Origin: Candidatus Bathyarchaeota archaeon
Lineage (GTDB): Archaea > Thermoproteota > Bathyarchaeia > Bathyarchaeales > Bathycorpusculaceae
Length of the DNA: 64,000 bases
Reading direction: 5' to 3'
Assembly (NCBI GenBank): GCA_963717465.1
Contig: OY970340.1
Location: 1,120,001-1,184,000, forward strand
In this document: piece after piece, positions 62,446 to 64,000 of the stretch
How positions within the stretch are numbered: position 1 is the stretch's first letter
How the letters are laid out: each line of letters starts with the position of its first letter
Notes under the pieces: generated by a model
Seen by the model: only the letters and a program-made list of their open reading frames with translations
The model's database searches: none
Told to the model about the DNA's origin: nothing
Position numbers and translations under genes: made by a program

Positions 62446-63393
62446 ATGAAGCATCAGATTCTCGCTACCCTTTTCGTAACTATGGCTATAGTGCTATTTT
62501 TAGCACCTATAGGTAGCGCTCAAGCTCAAACCCAGACTTCACTTCAGTATAAAGTGCAACTTAGTAGTGACAGGTCAGCGGTTTGGACAATAACACAAAC
62601 TTCAGACCTAAACGGAACAGTCGACACATGGAGCAGTTTCCAGAGTAAAGTGACATCACTTGTCTTAACATGCGCAAACCAGACAGGCAGGCAAATGAGC
62701 GTTGACAATGACTCACTTCAAATAAGCACCGTAACATCAGGGGATTCAAAAACAACCGAGTACACGTTCACTTGGTTGAACTTTAGCGAAACACAAAATG
62801 GGCAGCTTATCGTTGGAGACGTCTTTGGAAATTCAAGTTTCTTCGACCAATTGTATGGGGTTGGCTATAATGACGTTGGTTATTCGTTCCAAATTAACTA
62901 CCCTGCCAATTATTATGTAGGATCAATTAAACCTTCACCAAATTCTGAGGATAATTATACGCAAACCTTGCAATGGTTTGATGTATCATTATTCATAAAT
63001 GGAAGCCCAAAGATCGTCTTTCAAGTAAACCCACAAACCGCATCCCCTTCAGGACAGACGCCCTATGTTCTCATAGCTCTCATTGCATCAGTTATAGCTA
63101 TAGGGCTTTCTGGTGGCTTCTTGTTTGTAACTCGACGCAAAAATCGCAAGGGCTCAGAACCCGCTATCTCACCTGCGGTTTTACTTGAAACTGAGGAAGA
63201 GAAAGTCCTAAGAGTTCTCCGTTCGAACGGTGGTACCGCCTATCAATCTGCAATTACAGAACAATGCAAATTTTCTAAAGCTAAAACAAGTCAGTTGCTC
63301 ACTGCCCTGGAGAAGAAGGGTTTTGTGAAAAGGTATAAAAAGGGACGGGATAAAATAGTCAACATCACCGAAAACGCCAAGAGGAATAATTAG
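62446..63393 (+). CDS. Membrane-anchored protein: extracellular domain, TM helix, C-terminal wHTH (COG2512-like)
   Basis: Signal peptide, TM segment, then EEEKVLRVLRSNGG.AYQS.I...FSKAKTSQLL..LE.KG.V.R.KKGR. Confidence 0.8.
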   Translation: MKHQILATLFVTMAIVLFLAPIGSAQAQTQTSLQYKVQLSSDRSAVWTITQTSDLNGTVDTWSSFQSKVTSLVLTCANQTGRQMSVDNDSLQISTVTSGDSKTTEYTFTWLNFSETQNGQLIVGDVFGNSSFFDQLYGVGYNDVGYSFQINYPANYYVGSIKPSPNSEDNYTQTLQWFDVSLFINGSPKIVFQVNPQTASPSGQTPYVLIALIASVIAIGLSGGFLFVTRRKNRKGSEPAISPAVLLETEEEKVLRVLRSNGGTAYQSAITEQCKFSKAKTSQLLTALEKKGFVKRYKKGRDKIVNITENAKRNN

Positions 63394-64000
63394 ATGCGTT
63401 CATATCGACGTAAATTGAGCATAATTTTGCTAATAATCGCCGCTTTCATGATTATTGTTGCACCCCTTCAACTAGCTAAAGCTCAGGACACAACCACTAT
63501 CAGTGTTAGCCCGCAGACAACAACAGCAAGCGTGGGACAAACTGTGTCGGTCAAAATTGATGTTACTGATGTGCAAGGTCTCTACGCACTTGACCTAAAC
63601 CTTGACTATAACAGTTCCGTGCTTCAATTGACAAGTGCTCAACCTGACTTAGGCACTAATTCTATCGCTAGCGGCGGTGTCTTGTACGGTAATCCATTAA
63701 CAACTAACATCAACAATCTTCAATCAGGGGGCTTATACTATAACTCAACAATATCTTCAGGCAGCTATGAGCTTATTGCAACTTCTGCAGCCTCAGAAGG
63801 CTTCAGCGGAAGCGGAACAATCGTAACATTAAAGTTCACAGTAACAAATACGGGGCAATCAAACATAACAATAATTGATGCAAACGAAACGCTGGCAAAC
63901 GATGCAGCACTGAATTCCGGTGATACATCAGAGTACATTACCCCAGTTAATGCAGTAAACGGTTTAGTTAACGCTACAGCATCATCTACTTCAAGTTCAA
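63394..64000 (+). CDS. Cohesin-domain secreted protein (runs off window end)
   Basis: Manual translation MRSYRRKLSIILLIIAAF...VGQTVSVKIDVTDVQGLYALDLNLDYNSSVLQL...GFSGSGTIVTLKFTV. Confidence 0.75.
   Translation, partial: MRSYRRKLSIILLIIAAFMIIVAPLQLAKAQDTTTISVSPQTTTASVGQTVSVKIDVTDVQGLYALDLNLDYNSSVLQLTSAQPDLGTNSIASGGVLYGNPLTTNINNLQSGGLYYNSTISSGSYELIATSAASEGFSGSGTIVTLKFTVTNTGQSNITIIDANETLANDAALNSGDTSEYITPVNAVNGLVNATASSTSSS

Noticed and set aside
1..64000. Global reassignment of TGA to an amino acid
   Set aside because: TGA ends several genes at their expected C-termini (6771-6773 in an ATGA overlap, 8649-8651, 27075-27077). The in-frame TGAs fall at Cys, Leu and Trp positions, inconsistent with a single amino acid.

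Overview
Archaeal DNA with TATA-box promoters, TrmB/Lrp regulators, an archaeal tRNA, corrinoid methyltransferases, PQQ-type propellers and cohesin/dockerin proteins. The gene set resembles Bathyarchaeia (inference). About 465-53217 appears to be a tandem stack of islands at tRNA-Ala(TGC). The tRNA 3' end recurs at 40598, 39722 and 465, a ~0.6 kb end sequence is duplicated, and no integrase is visible. Cargo: a non-Pyl MttB/corrinoid/MtaA-like methyl-transfer cluster, a Mo/W-bisPGD enzyme plus OYE-type flavoenzyme, a fused R-M gene beside a solo Cas1 remnant, a GC-rich flavo/Fe-S oxidoreductase block, two PQQ-propeller paralogs, an IS, a MITE and defence-like genes. Most notable: the acetylene-hydratase-clade molybdoenzyme has an in-frame TGA at the expected metal-ligand Cys position, followed 6 nt later by a long hairpin shaped like a bacterial SECIS. 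This is a candidate selenoprotein decoded in bacterial fashion in an archaeon. Caveat: at least nine genes carry single-base frameshifts, so the assembly probably has base-level errors and every in-frame stop needs read-level confirmation. From 53.7 kb onward the window looks like ordinary chromosome (mgtA, uppP, J-domain protein, surface proteins).
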